This document shows, one piece after another, positions 26,026 to 36,240 of a DNA stretch of 48,979 bases (its first letter is position 1; every line of letters starts with the position of its first letter). A program made the position numbers and the translations under genes. Source of the DNA: a virus (lineage: Duplodnaviria > Caudoviricetes); the IMG/VR virus record IMGVR_UViG_3300038406_000110, positions 1 to 48,979 of that record. The stretch is one strand, 5' to 3'. The notes below the pieces were generated by a model. The model was not told the DNA's origin. It was given only the letters and a program-made list of their open reading frames with translations, and did no database searches.

Positions 26026-28638
26026 ATGGCGACTTACACTCCCGTACAAAAAAATTGGCGATGGGTTGCTAACGACTCTTCCACAGCGCCGACTCCGCTT
26101 GCCAACGAGAACGCACAGCCGACGCTTGCCAATAACGATGACATAATTCATCTTCGGTTTACGTTCGCCGAGTTGGGGGCCAAGGCCGATACATCCGTTG
26201 CGGTGGCAATGCAATACTCCACCAATTCTGATATGTCCTCCCCCACGGCGTTCGGGGCCGCACCCGCCCATTGGAACTACGCCAACGGAGTCGGCACCGA
26301 AGGCAGCGCAGTATCCGGCACAAGCCAACTGTCCGATGACACGTCGTTCGGCGAGTATTGCGAGTCCGGTACCAACAGTCTAAGCGTCGGCGCAAGCGCG
26401 GCGATGGAAGTGGACTTCGCCCTCCAGGCGACCGCTTCCGTTACCGGCAGCACGACCTACTATTTCCAGTGCGTACAGCAGGGATCCGCGCTAGCCTTGG
26501 ATGCGGGCGAGTCGTACCCGACCCTGATAACGGCGGCGGCATCGCCCGCACCGGCGTCCGGAACCGATACGGCCTCCGTAAACGATGGAACAACGACTCA
26601 ATTGGCATGGTTCAATGTCTCTCTGTCCGAATCCACATCGGCGAGTGAGACGCAACCGACCGCAACTGTGGAGGGCGGAGAAGCCGCCCCACGGGAAGTA
26701 AACGCAACCGATACCTTGTCCGCAGAAGACACGGATACGGTAGCGGTCAAGTACCCCGACTTCGATACTTCCCGTGCGGCCATCATCAACGGACTGGTAT
26801 CCGCCCAATCCGAAGCGGCGGGTTGGAACGCGGAAGTAATCGCGGCGATGTTGGCGGATCTTACGTGCTGCGTCCGGACGAGCGATACAGTTGTAACGAT
26901 CACGATCCCTACGGTGGCCGGATACGAGATAACGGAACCGGAGACGATCACAGCTACCGTTCCTTCCGCTTGCCTCACGTCCAGTTCGGCGGATGTCGTA
27001 TCCTCGCCGACGCTCTCCGTTGACGTCGATCCCGAACCATCTCACGTGGAAGCCGCCACATTCGAGGATGCAACAACTGTGGCGGTACAGTATGCGCTAT
27101 CCGTGGCGGACGAAATCTCCGCAGGCGAGGCGGAACCGGCACTTGAAGTACAGGAAGGCCAAGCATCCCCCGCTGAGATAAACGTCTTAGATTCCGTATA
27201 CGAGGATGACGGTGATACCGTAGCAGTTCAATACTCCCTATCCGTTTCGGACTCGTTAGAAGCAAGGGATGCAACCACCGATGTTCTGGATTTCCTTACC
27301 GTATCGAAATCGGACTCGGTAAGCGCGTCCGATTCGGGCGAAGTCAGTGGGGTATCCCCAGATTTATCGATCAATAACACAGATTCCGTTTCCGTAGATG
27401 AACTGGTCGATATAGCAGTTATCAACTTCGGCGATTTCGACGCCATCAGGTCGAATATCATCAATGGCCTTGTATCGGCACAGAACGAACCGCTTGGCTG
27501 GAACGCGGAAGTTATCGCAATCATGCTGGCGAATCCTTCCTGCGTGGTGCGGACGAGCGATACCGTTGTAACTATTACCATCCCCGCCGTTCCGAACTAT
27601 ACGATCTCTGCGGACGAGGTAATAACAGCGAACGTGCCGGCTACGGCGCTATCCTCGGGCGTTGGGCCGGTTGTATCTTCGCCGACGTTCGGTGTTTCGG
27701 ACGACGGCACCCCGTATTCCTTGGATAGAACGTCCATTGCGGATGGAGCATCGGCGTCGCTGTTCGGGTCTTTAACCTTGAATGTAAAAGACGCGATCAG
27801 CAACCAGGATCGGGCGCTGACGTGGAGCGAATGGAGCGAAACCGGGGAGTTCGACACCAGCCAGTTATCGCACGATACGGCAAGTATCGCCGATGGGGCT
27901 TCGGTTGTAATTAGCAACTTGATCGTCAGTCTCACCGATGTCCTTTCGAGTCTGGATAGTACCACCGATATCCTTCAACCCTTACTGGTGAATCTATCCG
28001 ACAACGCCGAATCGAACGACGCAGACTCCTTAAACCTTAATCCTCTGTTCGTGTCCATCGAGGATACGATTGAGTCTCTTGAGTATGCCAGTTCTCTTGT
28101 CGGTGTGATCGAACCAACCCCGTTCTTTACTGATACGTTCGGAGTTGGAGACTCCATCGCCGTACAACTAAATGAATTAAACATCGAAGTTGCGGAGCTG
28201 GTATCCGCCATAGATGCGCTATCGGCGCAGGCGGATCGTATGGTGTCGGCGTCCGACACTTTGGACGCCAGCGATTCTGTGGCGGCAATCAAGCAGTATC
28301 TTGAAGTAGAGGCAAGCGACAGCGTATCAGCGTCGGACTCTATCAGCGCGTTCAAGGATGCTCGAACCTTCGCCATCACGCAAGCGGCGGAGGTATCCGA
28401 TGCGGTGTACGCGATCATCGGAGGCACTTCATGGGTAGAGGTTGAGAAAACAGCCGCCACGTGGACGGAAATCGCCAAACCGACATACGGAACCATATCG
28501 GACGGGTTCATCGATGACGACGGAGGCGACGGGTTCGAATCGAGACTGCGGACGGACGGGTTCCTTGCATCGGACGGTACGTGGACTCCCATAACGGAAA
28601 ATCTCACCACCTGGACGACCATCCCCAAGGGTTCGTAA
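26026..28638 (+). CDS. Long acidic Ser/Thr/Ala-rich virion (fibre/decoration) protein with internal repeats
   Basis: Many 'VSDSxSAxD' repeats and a duplicated domain of about 88 aa. Confidence 0.65.
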   Translation: MATYTPVQKNWRWVANDSSTAPTPLANENAQPTLANNDDIIHLRFTFAELGAKADTSVAVAMQYSTNSDMSSPTAFGAAPAHWNYANGVGTEGSAVSGTSQLSDDTSFGEYCESGTNSLSVGASAAMEVDFALQATASVTGSTTYYFQCVQQGSALALDAGESYPTLITAAASPAPASGTDTASVNDGTTTQLAWFNVSLSESTSASETQPTATVEGGEAAPREVNATDTLSAEDTDTVAVKYPDFDTSRAAIINGLVSAQSEAAGWNAEVIAAMLADLTCCVRTSDTVVTITIPTVAGYEITEPETITATVPSACLTSSSADVVSSPTLSVDVDPEPSHVEAATFEDATTVAVQYALSVADEISAGEAEPALEVQEGQASPAEINVLDSVYEDDGDTVAVQYSLSVSDSLEARDATTDVLDFLTVSKSDSVSASDSGEVSGVSPDLSINNTDSVSVDELVDIAVINFGDFDAIRSNIINGLVSAQNEPLGWNAEVIAIMLANPSCVVRTSDTVVTITIPAVPNYTISADEVITANVPATALSSGVGPVVSSPTFGVSDDGTPYSLDRTSIADGASASLFGSLTLNVKDAISNQDRALTWSEWSETGEFDTSQLSHDTASIADGASVVISNLIVSLTDVLSSLDSTTDILQPLLVNLSDNAESNDADSLNLNPLFVSIEDTIESLEYASSLVGVIEPTPFFTDTFGVGDSIAVQLNELNIEVAELVSAIDALSAQADRMVSASDTLDASDSVAAIKQYLEVEASDSVSASDSISAFKDARTFAITQAAEVSDAVYAIIGGTSWVEVEKTAATWTEIAKPTYGTISDGFIDDDGGDGFESRLRTDGFLASDGTWTPITENLTTWTTIPKGS
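26758..27696 (+). repeat. Intragenic duplicated domain (about 26758-27021 and 27433-27696)
   Basis: DFD..R..IINGLVSAQ.E..GWNAEVIA.MLA...C.VRTSDTVVTITIP...Y.I...E.ITA.VP...L.S....VVSSPT occurs twice. Confidence 0.85.
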
Positions 28639-28649
28639 AAGGTAATTAA

Positions 28650-31600
28650 ATGCCTTCTAAATCGGATAGATTCCGAGCGCGAGAGATCGCGGTCGGCAAG
28701 GGACGATTGCGCACTGCCGACGACCCGGCGACAATCGGCCCGGAGGACGTGTCTGTAGCGATCAACCTGCGGCCTTCGGATCAGTACCACCGTGGGATCG
28801 CCGGGATGACGGAGATCAACACAACCGCCCTGTCATCCACCGGCATCCGCAATATGTACCACTTCCGCAAGAGTCTTCCGGTCGAATCGCACGTCATGGC
28901 GTGGACTTCGGACGGCAAAGTGTGGGTGAACGATACCACCATACCGAATCAAGGTGCGTTCGACGCAACGGCACTGTTCACCGATACGTTGGGGGGGACT
29001 ACGGGCCGGTTCGCTCACGCGCCTGGAGGCGCACTGGCTTACGCCAACGGCAAGGAAGCGTGTCTATGGGGTGGAGACGAGCATAGGTGTTCGGGGTTCA
29101 TCGATATTCCGGAGACGGGTAAGGTCTATGATTACGGCGACCTGATAACGAACACGAAGACGGACGCCAACAACCTTGCGACCATCCATACGGCCCAAGG
29201 GACTGACACCGATACGGCATTACTTCTTCATCTTGACAATAACGTTACGGATTCTTCCGCTACGACACCCCATACCGTAACAAACTCCAACGTCTCTTTC
29301 ACTGCTCCGGCTAAATTCGGCACTCATGCGGCAGAATTTAACGGCACATCGGCGAGGCTGACAATACCAGACGATGCCGATTTTAATTTCTCTGCCGGAA
29401 CATGGACGATAGACTTCTGGGCGTTCCTTAATAGCACCCCATCTAGCACAAACGAACCAATATATTATCACGGTACAAACGCTAGTAATTACATGAGGAT
29501 TTATTTCACCACCAACGGATACGGGTATGGGACGCTTAATCTCGAAATAAAAGCAACTACAACAGTCGTTACACTTACATCGTCCTCCATATATACATAC
29601 GCCTACGCTCATTATGAGATAGTCGAATCAGGCGACAATTATTATATGTTCCGCAACGGGACATTGATTGGATCAACCACGGATACAGATCGTCCTGTGG
29701 ATTACTCCGGCACTATATACATCGGGAATGACGGAAGCACGAATTGGTTCAAGGGATGGATCGATGAATACCGTGTTTCTACCGTCGCCCGCCACACATC
29801 GTCTTTTTCCCCCCCGTCCGTGGCTTATGGTGCTGGTTATTCCTCCACCACCTACATCGGCTCCATCATGCCATTGGATGGCGTCAAGTTCACGGTGGCT
29901 ACTGGCAACCCACTGTCATCCGGAACGGCGACGATGCAGATGTCCGAGTGGGACGGGTCGGCGTGGTCCGAACTTACGATCACCGACAACACGGCGGCAT
30001 CTAGCAGGGCGTTGGAGCAGACCGGCACGGTAACGTGGGCCTCAACAGCGGCCACCTCCATCCCGACCGTCGTGGAAAAAGCCTACCTGTATTGGTACAA
30101 GATGGTCATTACCGGGGCTGCTGATTTCGGCGGGATAACTCTCAGTCAAGTCACCGTATCCATTCCCTTCCAGGCCCTGAAGGATCTGTGGGACGGCGAG
30201 GAAAGACCCCTTAATTCCGTGATGGGGTACAAGTCCTCCGTCTACTACGATTTCACGTCGAACGTGCTGGAAAACGGTTATTCGTCCACGGGTACGGAGG
30301 CGGACGCAGCCACATACGCAAAACTGGACGGATACACGTCCTCCGACTACCTGTTCGTCGGGTGCATGGAGCGTCTGTCTGGATTGATCTTCAACCTGAT
30401 CGACAAGAACGTGAACGTGCTCGATTCGTTAATGTCGGTATCGTACTGGAACGGCGACGAGTGGACTGCATTAACGATATCAGACGGCACATTGAACGGC
30501 AGTAAGACTCTTGGAAGAAGCGGTTGGGTAACGTGGGGGGCGCAGGACCGGGCGGACGAGCAGAAGAAAAGCGACCTTGGCTCTACGTCGGTAAAAGGGC
30601 AGTTGGGGTTTCAACCCTACAATATGGCAACGTTCATCGCTACAGGCGAACCCGGATATATTGGGCGCGGCCCTGATACGGCTGGAGTGAAGACCGCCAA
30701 TACCATGTATTACTATCGGGTCGGTTTTTCGGCCACTATTACCAATCCAACCAACATATATCACATTGCGGGCATCCCCGTACCAAGGGATATTCGCGGA
30801 TACTCCTTCCCGGCGTTTCATCAGAACAGGGTTGTGCTTGTAAGCAATACGGACGGCGCGAAGAACACCATCCTGATGAGCGCGTTCAACCATCCAAATA
30901 CGTTCAACGGACTGGATGCCTATGAGTTCGCATTGGGGCAGGAGGAGGAGATAAACGCAGGGGCTTCCCTGTTCCTTCGGTTCGGCTCCGCCGTGCAGGA
31001 CATGCTGTTGCTTACCAAGCCAGGGGAGATTCATTTACTGGAAGGCAATGGTTCGGATTCGGATGTCTATCGAACGCGCCTGTTAAGTTCGGCGGTGGGA
31101 TGCCGCGCCCCCCTTACGATGGCGACGATCCCGGTGGGAGATCTTGGTGGTGGGGTGCGTCGTCAGATAGTCGTGTGGGAATCCCAGAGGGGCATCGAGG
31201 TATTCGACGGGTCGGCCCTACTGGACCCGCTCCTGTCTCACGACATCCGCGATAAGTTCGATCCAAACCATGAAAACTATGCGGGTTCGTCCTCGAACAC
31301 GGGGTTCTACGATCCGGTGTACGACGAATACCACTGGTGCCCGGTGGGAACCGCAGAGTGGGTGTTCTCGTTCAAGTACAAGAAATGGTATCAGGTCGTC
31401 CGGGGAGAGGGGAAGTATCTGTACGGCGGAACGTCCGTCATGGATACAAGCGGCAATTCGTACATCTACGGTTTCGATACCGCAGGATATGTCTACCGAC
31501 TGGAAAACGGCACGGATTTTGACGGGAACGATATCATCCACACGATTAAGACCGGCGACATCGCCCTCAATCAGAACCAGATATCCGAGGAAACCACCCT

Positions 31601-31877
31601 ACGCATGGTCAAGGTGGTGCAGGTGTCGAAGAACACCACCGCCAACAGCATGGCCGTTACACACTACGGGGATACGGATACCATCGGCAATTCCCTCGGG
31701 TCGTTCTCCCCTGCGGACAGTAAGCGGTTGAAGACCCGCATCCTTAACGCAGGGTCGAAAGGCCCGCATGTTCACCATGAGTTCCAATTATCGCTTACCA
31801 CGGATGATGAGACTTGCGGCTGCGAACCCATCTACATCGTCGCCTACTACGACGGTGAACGTCAGGACGTGAGGTAA
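28650..31877 (+). CDS. Tail nozzle/stabilisation protein (P22 gp10/T7 gp12-like) with an inserted LamG domain
   Basis: Size and position before the ejection genes; beta-propeller-like C-terminal half; LamG motifs 'LLLHLD..AKFG..WTIDFW..GWIDEYRVS'. Confidence 0.7.
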   Translation: MPSKSDRFRAREIAVGKGRLRTADDPATIGPEDVSVAINLRPSDQYHRGIAGMTEINTTALSSTGIRNMYHFRKSLPVESHVMAWTSDGKVWVNDTTIPNQGAFDATALFTDTLGGTTGRFAHAPGGALAYANGKEACLWGGDEHRCSGFIDIPETGKVYDYGDLITNTKTDANNLATIHTAQGTDTDTALLLHLDNNVTDSSATTPHTVTNSNVSFTAPAKFGTHAAEFNGTSARLTIPDDADFNFSAGTWTIDFWAFLNSTPSSTNEPIYYHGTNASNYMRIYFTTNGYGYGTLNLEIKATTTVVTLTSSSIYTYAYAHYEIVESGDNYYMFRNGTLIGSTTDTDRPVDYSGTIYIGNDGSTNWFKGWIDEYRVSTVARHTSSFSPPSVAYGAGYSSTTYIGSIMPLDGVKFTVATGNPLSSGTATMQMSEWDGSAWSELTITDNTAASSRALEQTGTVTWASTAATSIPTVVEKAYLYWYKMVITGAADFGGITLSQVTVSIPFQALKDLWDGEERPLNSVMGYKSSVYYDFTSNVLENGYSSTGTEADAATYAKLDGYTSSDYLFVGCMERLSGLIFNLIDKNVNVLDSLMSVSYWNGDEWTALTISDGTLNGSKTLGRSGWVTWGAQDRADEQKKSDLGSTSVKGQLGFQPYNMATFIATGEPGYIGRGPDTAGVKTANTMYYYRVGFSATITNPTNIYHIAGIPVPRDIRGYSFPAFHQNRVVLVSNTDGAKNTILMSAFNHPNTFNGLDAYEFALGQEEEINAGASLFLRFGSAVQDMLLLTKPGEIHLLEGNGSDSDVYRTRLLSSAVGCRAPLTMATIPVGDLGGGVRRQIVVWESQRGIEVFDGSALLDPLLSHDIRDKFDPNHENYAGSSSNTGFYDPVYDEYHWCPVGTAEWVFSFKYKKWYQVVRGEGKYLYGGTSVMDTSGNSYIYGFDTAGYVYRLENGTDFDGNDIIHTIKTGDIALNQNQISEETTLRMVKVVQVSKNTTANSMAVTHYGDTDTIGNSLGSFSPADSKRLKTRILNAGSKGPHVHHEFQLSLTTDDETCGCEPIYIVAYYDGERQDVR

Positions 31878-31881
31878 AGAG

Positions 31882-33072
31882 ATGCCCTATCTACTCGGTC
31901 AGCAGAACGATTACTGGAGACGGTTGAACCAACGGAGGGCGTTGACCGGCCTCCCGGCGGGCTACCAGGAGACGCGAGGGGCGATGGATTCCATGTTGGG
32001 CATTGCGGCAGATAGGGACGCCCAGGAAGCCCGCATCCGAGAACAGGCCCGCCAAGCAGAGCAGGCCCGTAAGGACGCGAAAAGCGCGTCTACAATCTCC
32101 GGTGTGGCCGGGTTGGGGCAGACGGCCCTGAGCGGGTATCTGGGGTACAAGTACCTAACCAAGCCGCCAAGTGCGCTTGAAACGGCACAGGCGAATTGGT
32201 TCAAGTCGCAGACTCCGGGGATGTTGAGTACCACGGGTGCCACAGGCGCACCTCTCGGGACAAATGTCCCTTCCCTTATGGCCGCACCATACGGCGGTGC
32301 GGCTTCTACCGTACCTTCCTCTGTTACCGCTGGCATGTCAGGTATCGAATACGGGTCTGCGATAGGCGCAACGGGCGCGGCTGGAGCGGGTAGTGGCGGT
32401 GCGGGACTTCTTACCGGCGTCGGGTCTGGTGCGGGCGCGGGAGAGGTCGGCGGCATGGCCGCTTACGATGCCTCCCTTGCCGCTGGCGCGGCGGAGGGAG
32501 TCGGAAGCACGGCAGGTACGGCGGCGGGCTTGGGTGCCACCTCGTTGCTTGGCCCTGCGGCTGCTGGATTCGTCGGTGGATCGTTGCTTGGCAAGACATT
32601 CGACAAGATCCTCCCCGGCGGGGGTAAGACAGGAGCGGCAGTCGGCGGTGCGGCTGGCGGTGCGTTGGCGGGGGCCGCTATGGGGTCCGTGGTGCCGGGT
32701 GTAGGCACCGCCATCGGTGCCGTGGTCGGCGGCGTCGTAGGCGCGGTGGGCGAGATGTCTGTAATTTGTAGCGAGCTGGTGAGGCAGGGTTGGATAACAG
32801 AGAAGGACAGGACAAAGTGTGTCATCTATCGCTTCAACAATATACCAGACGATCTCTTCATGGCGTACCTGGAGTGGGCCGAACCCATCGTTAAGATCAT
32901 GCGGCGGGAGGGCATCGGGAACTACCTGCTGCTTCCGTTCGCCAAGGCATTCGTAGGATACATGATATTCCGTGATCCTACGTTCTTTCAGCGCATGGTG
33001 TGGAAATTCGCATGGTGGCGGTGCACAAAGATTGCCAAACGCTATGAGCAATCCGCCGTGGGGAGGAAGTAG
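31882..33072 (+). CDS. Putative DNA ejection/pilot protein
   Basis: Gly/Ala-rich hydrophobic glycine-zipper segments; C-terminal 'VICSELVRQG' domain. Confidence 0.6.
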   Translation: MPYLLGQQNDYWRRLNQRRALTGLPAGYQETRGAMDSMLGIAADRDAQEARIREQARQAEQARKDAKSASTISGVAGLGQTALSGYLGYKYLTKPPSALETAQANWFKSQTPGMLSTTGATGAPLGTNVPSLMAAPYGGAASTVPSSVTAGMSGIEYGSAIGATGAAGAGSGGAGLLTGVGSGAGAGEVGGMAAYDASLAAGAAEGVGSTAGTAAGLGATSLLGPAAAGFVGGSLLGKTFDKILPGGGKTGAAVGGAAGGALAGAAMGSVVPGVGTAIGAVVGGVVGAVGEMSVICSELVRQGWITEKDRTKCVIYRFNNIPDDLFMAYLEWAEPIVKIMRREGIGNYLLLPFAKAFVGYMIFRDPTFFQRMVWKFAWWRCTKIAKRYEQSAVGRK

Positions 33073-33074
33073 TC

Positions 33075-34397
33075 ATGGGATTTTTGGCTAATTTCGGAAA
33101 TAGCAACGCAGGTCAGGCCAGCCGGTCGATGCTTGGCGATGTAATGCAGTACAAGCAGATGGAGCGGCAGGACGAGCGCAACACGATGGCCGGAATAGCT
33201 CAGATGCAGCAGATGGCGAATCAGGAGAAGCATATCGCCCTACAGGAAGCGCAGGTCATGCGGCAAATGAAGGCGGACGCGGAGTTGGAAGCGAAGAACA
33301 ACCGAATGGTAGACATGACGATACATCCCGCCTTCCTGTCACTTCCAGACGAACAGAAGCAAGCCGCCCTCAAATACTTCGCAGAGAACGGATACACCGA
33401 CAAGGCCGGTAAGGGCAGGGCGATTGATATCCAGACAGGAGTAGCCACTATCGAGGGGTCCAAGAATCTGTTCTCTCAGTTCATGTGGCCGACAGTACAG
33501 GCGAAGAAGCAAGCTGCCGTGGACGCCTGGGGAGCGGTGCAGAAGGCGCAGGAATCCGGAGACAAGGACAAGATCGCAAAGGCGATGGCTACCTTCAACA
33601 CCGCGAAGATGTCATACGAGGCGTCGGACGAGAAGTATAGCGGGCACTTGATGAAGTTAGACGAACAATCCCAAAAAGATGAAATCGCAGAGCGAAGACT
33701 TGCGGAAACCGAACGAGCCAACCGCGCCAGAGAAGATGCGAGGGACCGGCAGATTGGCGTCATGGCAAAGAACGCAGAGACTACCGCAAGGAAGGCGGTA
33801 TCTTCCGGAAAAGAATTGAGTTTTGGGGATAAAGAAGCCCTTCGGTCCATGGGTAAGCAGTTGCCGAAATCCAAGATAGCCGCACAAACAGCCGTTAAGA
33901 ACATACAGAACATTGACAGCATGATTAAACTTATTGACCAAGGGGCTGGCGGGGTCAGGGGCGAGATAATTTCTAAAATCAACAAGGTGGTTGATGTTAT
34001 GAGGACTACCCCGCCCGAGGATGCCAAATATAATACGTTAAAGGCAAAACTTAGGGGATTTGCTGGAACGTTACGATTGCAGTTGGGACTTATCGGACAA
34101 ACGTCTGATAGAGACGTAGCGATCATGTACGAGGCCGCAGGCGGTATGTCTCCCGCTGAATCGCAAAAGGCAATCCTCCAGGGGTACAGACAAGCGTATG
34201 AACAGGACGTAACCAATTACAATTCTGACGCACAAGCATATTCAGAATACTCAAAGGCAAGCGGCTCGTTATATAAGCCAATTAGCATTCAGGGCGGATC
34301 TTCGACCGGCGGGGCCACCGTTGTCGAGCGCAGGAAGACTAAGGATGGCCGAATCCTTGAGAAGTTATCCGATGGGAGCATTAGGGAGGCGAAATAA
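33075..34397 (+). CDS. Putative ejection protein
   Basis: Helical, Q/A/K-rich; 'GQTSDRD' motif; gene position. Confidence 0.6.
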   Translation: MGFLANFGNSNAGQASRSMLGDVMQYKQMERQDERNTMAGIAQMQQMANQEKHIALQEAQVMRQMKADAELEAKNNRMVDMTIHPAFLSLPDEQKQAALKYFAENGYTDKAGKGRAIDIQTGVATIEGSKNLFSQFMWPTVQAKKQAAVDAWGAVQKAQESGDKDKIAKAMATFNTAKMSYEASDEKYSGHLMKLDEQSQKDEIAERRLAETERANRAREDARDRQIGVMAKNAETTARKAVSSGKELSFGDKEALRSMGKQLPKSKIAAQTAVKNIQNIDSMIKLIDQGAGGVRGEIISKINKVVDVMRTTPPEDAKYNTLKAKLRGFAGTLRLQLGLIGQTSDRDVAIMYEAAGGMSPAESQKAILQGYRQAYEQDVTNYNSDAQAYSEYSKASGSLYKPISIQGGSSTGGATVVERRKTKDGRILEKLSDGSIREAK

Positions 34398-36103
34398 TGC
34401 CAAACCTTGCTAAAGAGTGGAATAAGGCGGCTCCCTTATCGGAGTGGGATGAGGCGGAACCGATAGGCGTGTCGGCTCCGTCAATTTCCCCGCCGCAGGA
34501 ACCATATCCCATGTCTGACATAATGGGGGCGTCTCCTTGGCCGGTTGGACAAGTCCCGCCTGCCGGTGTATTTGCAAGGAAGGCCGCCCCTATCGTCGCT
34601 GGTATTGGGCTTGGAACTCTGGTCCCCGGCGTTGGCGGTCTTATTGCGGGATCCCTTGGGGCCACAGTTACCGACATGGCGGTAAATCCGAAAGATGCCA
34701 CAACGGGCCAGCGCGAAACATCATTCCTTACGGATATAGGTGCGGGATTACTTCCTGGCGCGGCGAAGGGCGCGTTTAGTATAGCCAAGAAACTTGTCCC
34801 TGCCCCGTTGGAGAGCAGATTAACCAATATCATTAAGGAAGGATTCAACAAGGGTATTCGGCCAACGATAGTAGGTAAAAGCAATGCTGCACAGGCGGCA
34901 AAGTATTACGACAAGGCACAGACGGCAGTAGAATCCATTGTTAAGAACAAACAGAATCTTTCGTTTTATGATGATGCTGGCAATGCCGTAAAGGGCAAAC
35001 TTCCCGGCACCCTTACAGAGTTTGCTCAATCAATAGACCAGACAAAGCGCAGTACATTCAATCAATATGATGCCATGTTGCGAGCATCAAACGATGTAGG
35101 CAGGACGGTTGACCTTAATCCGGTAGCAAGTGAAATGTCGGCATTCTCATCCGACCAAATTAACTTGATGACTGGCGGTAGTGGTATAACAAGGGCGAAA
35201 GAATTAGAAGCTGTTATGTCTGGAAAGAAACTTACTCTCGTACAGGCGCAGGATCTTCTTGCCAACTTAAACAATAGGACGAAAGCATACCTAAGGAATC
35301 CTTCGCCCGATCAGGTTAGTGGATATGCTGTGGACTTGTTGGCCGCGAATAACCTCCGCAGGGCATTAGACACCGCAGTTGAAAATTCAGGATATATGGG
35401 ATTGCGGCGAGATTATGGCGCGTTGCGGGAAATCGAGAAGGAAGTAAGTAATCGTGCATTGGTAGACGCAAGGAAGAATACAAAGGGATTGCTAGACTTC
35501 ACCGATATTTACACCGCCGCTGAAATGGCGCGGGCCATCGGTACAATGAGCCCGGGCGGGGCGGCAACGGCAGGATTGATGCGAGGAATTAAGGAGTATT
35601 ACAAATATCTAAATAATCCGAACCGTGCTGTAAAAAATATGTTCTCGCAAGCGGATATATTGATCGGCCGAAGACCCGTAAGACCGCCCATGAAGGCATT
35701 GCCTCCCGGCCCTCGTCCAATGGGGCCTAGTGTTTCCGATAAATCTGGAATAACTGTGACAACGGGGAAACCATTTGACGTTACGCCATCAAAAGATGTC
35801 GTACAAGAACCCACAGTTGGCTTTCTTGGAATGCCTAGAATGGCAAAACCAAGAAGCAAGACAACCAGCAAGGCACTAATCGGCAACCCGGTATATCTTA
35901 ACGATAAAGAATGGGCAATGGTTAAACCTTTCGAGAATGGACTTGGATCGTTTTTCACAAGAGATCCAAAAGCGACACGATGGGATGTAAGATTGCAGGA
36001 ACTAGTTCAGGAGGGTAAAGTACAAGAAGCTCATAACATTGACGATTTAATAGAATATTTAGAGCGTCACAAAAGATACCTTTGGAACAAAAATAAATTT
36101 TAA
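34397..36103 (+). CDS. Putative ejection/DNA transfer protein
   Basis: TM-like Gly-rich segment then a long helical region; third gene of the ejection block. Confidence 0.6.
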   Translation: MPNLAKEWNKAAPLSEWDEAEPIGVSAPSISPPQEPYPMSDIMGASPWPVGQVPPAGVFARKAAPIVAGIGLGTLVPGVGGLIAGSLGATVTDMAVNPKDATTGQRETSFLTDIGAGLLPGAAKGAFSIAKKLVPAPLESRLTNIIKEGFNKGIRPTIVGKSNAAQAAKYYDKAQTAVESIVKNKQNLSFYDDAGNAVKGKLPGTLTEFAQSIDQTKRSTFNQYDAMLRASNDVGRTVDLNPVASEMSAFSSDQINLMTGGSGITRAKELEAVMSGKKLTLVQAQDLLANLNNRTKAYLRNPSPDQVSGYAVDLLAANNLRRALDTAVENSGYMGLRRDYGALREIEKEVSNRALVDARKNTKGLLDFTDIYTAAEMARAIGTMSPGGAATAGLMRGIKEYYKYLNNPNRAVKNMFSQADILIGRRPVRPPMKALPPGPRPMGPSVSDKSGITVTTGKPFDVTPSKDVVQEPTVGFLGMPRMAKPRSKTTSKALIGNPVYLNDKEWAMVKPFENGLGSFFTRDPKATRWDVRLQELVQEGKVQEAHNIDDLIEYLERHKRYLWNKNKF

Positions 36104-36104
36104 T

Positions 36105-36191
36105 TCAGGTAAGCCCAATATGATCCTTAATTAGTCTGATTATCGCTTTGGCAATCAGTATCGCAATTACGATCTGAATTATTAGCCACAT
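36105..36191 (-). CDS. 28-aa hydrophobic peptide antisense to the late operon (possible superinfection exclusion; not in the ORF track)
   Basis: AGGAGGT RBS, then MWLIIQIVIAILIAKAIIRLIKDHIGLT*; fills the intergenic gap. Confidence 0.6.
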   Translation of the reverse strand: MWLIIQIVIAILIAKAIIRLIKDHIGLT

Positions 36192-36240
36192 AATGCACCT
36201 CCTGTAACCCTTTTACGCTTATTCTCCAAAGGAGTCAACT

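Noticed and set aside
26758-27696. DGR template/variable repeat pair
   Set aside because: Both copies are in-frame within one ORF, differences are not adenine-specific, and no reverse transcriptase is present.
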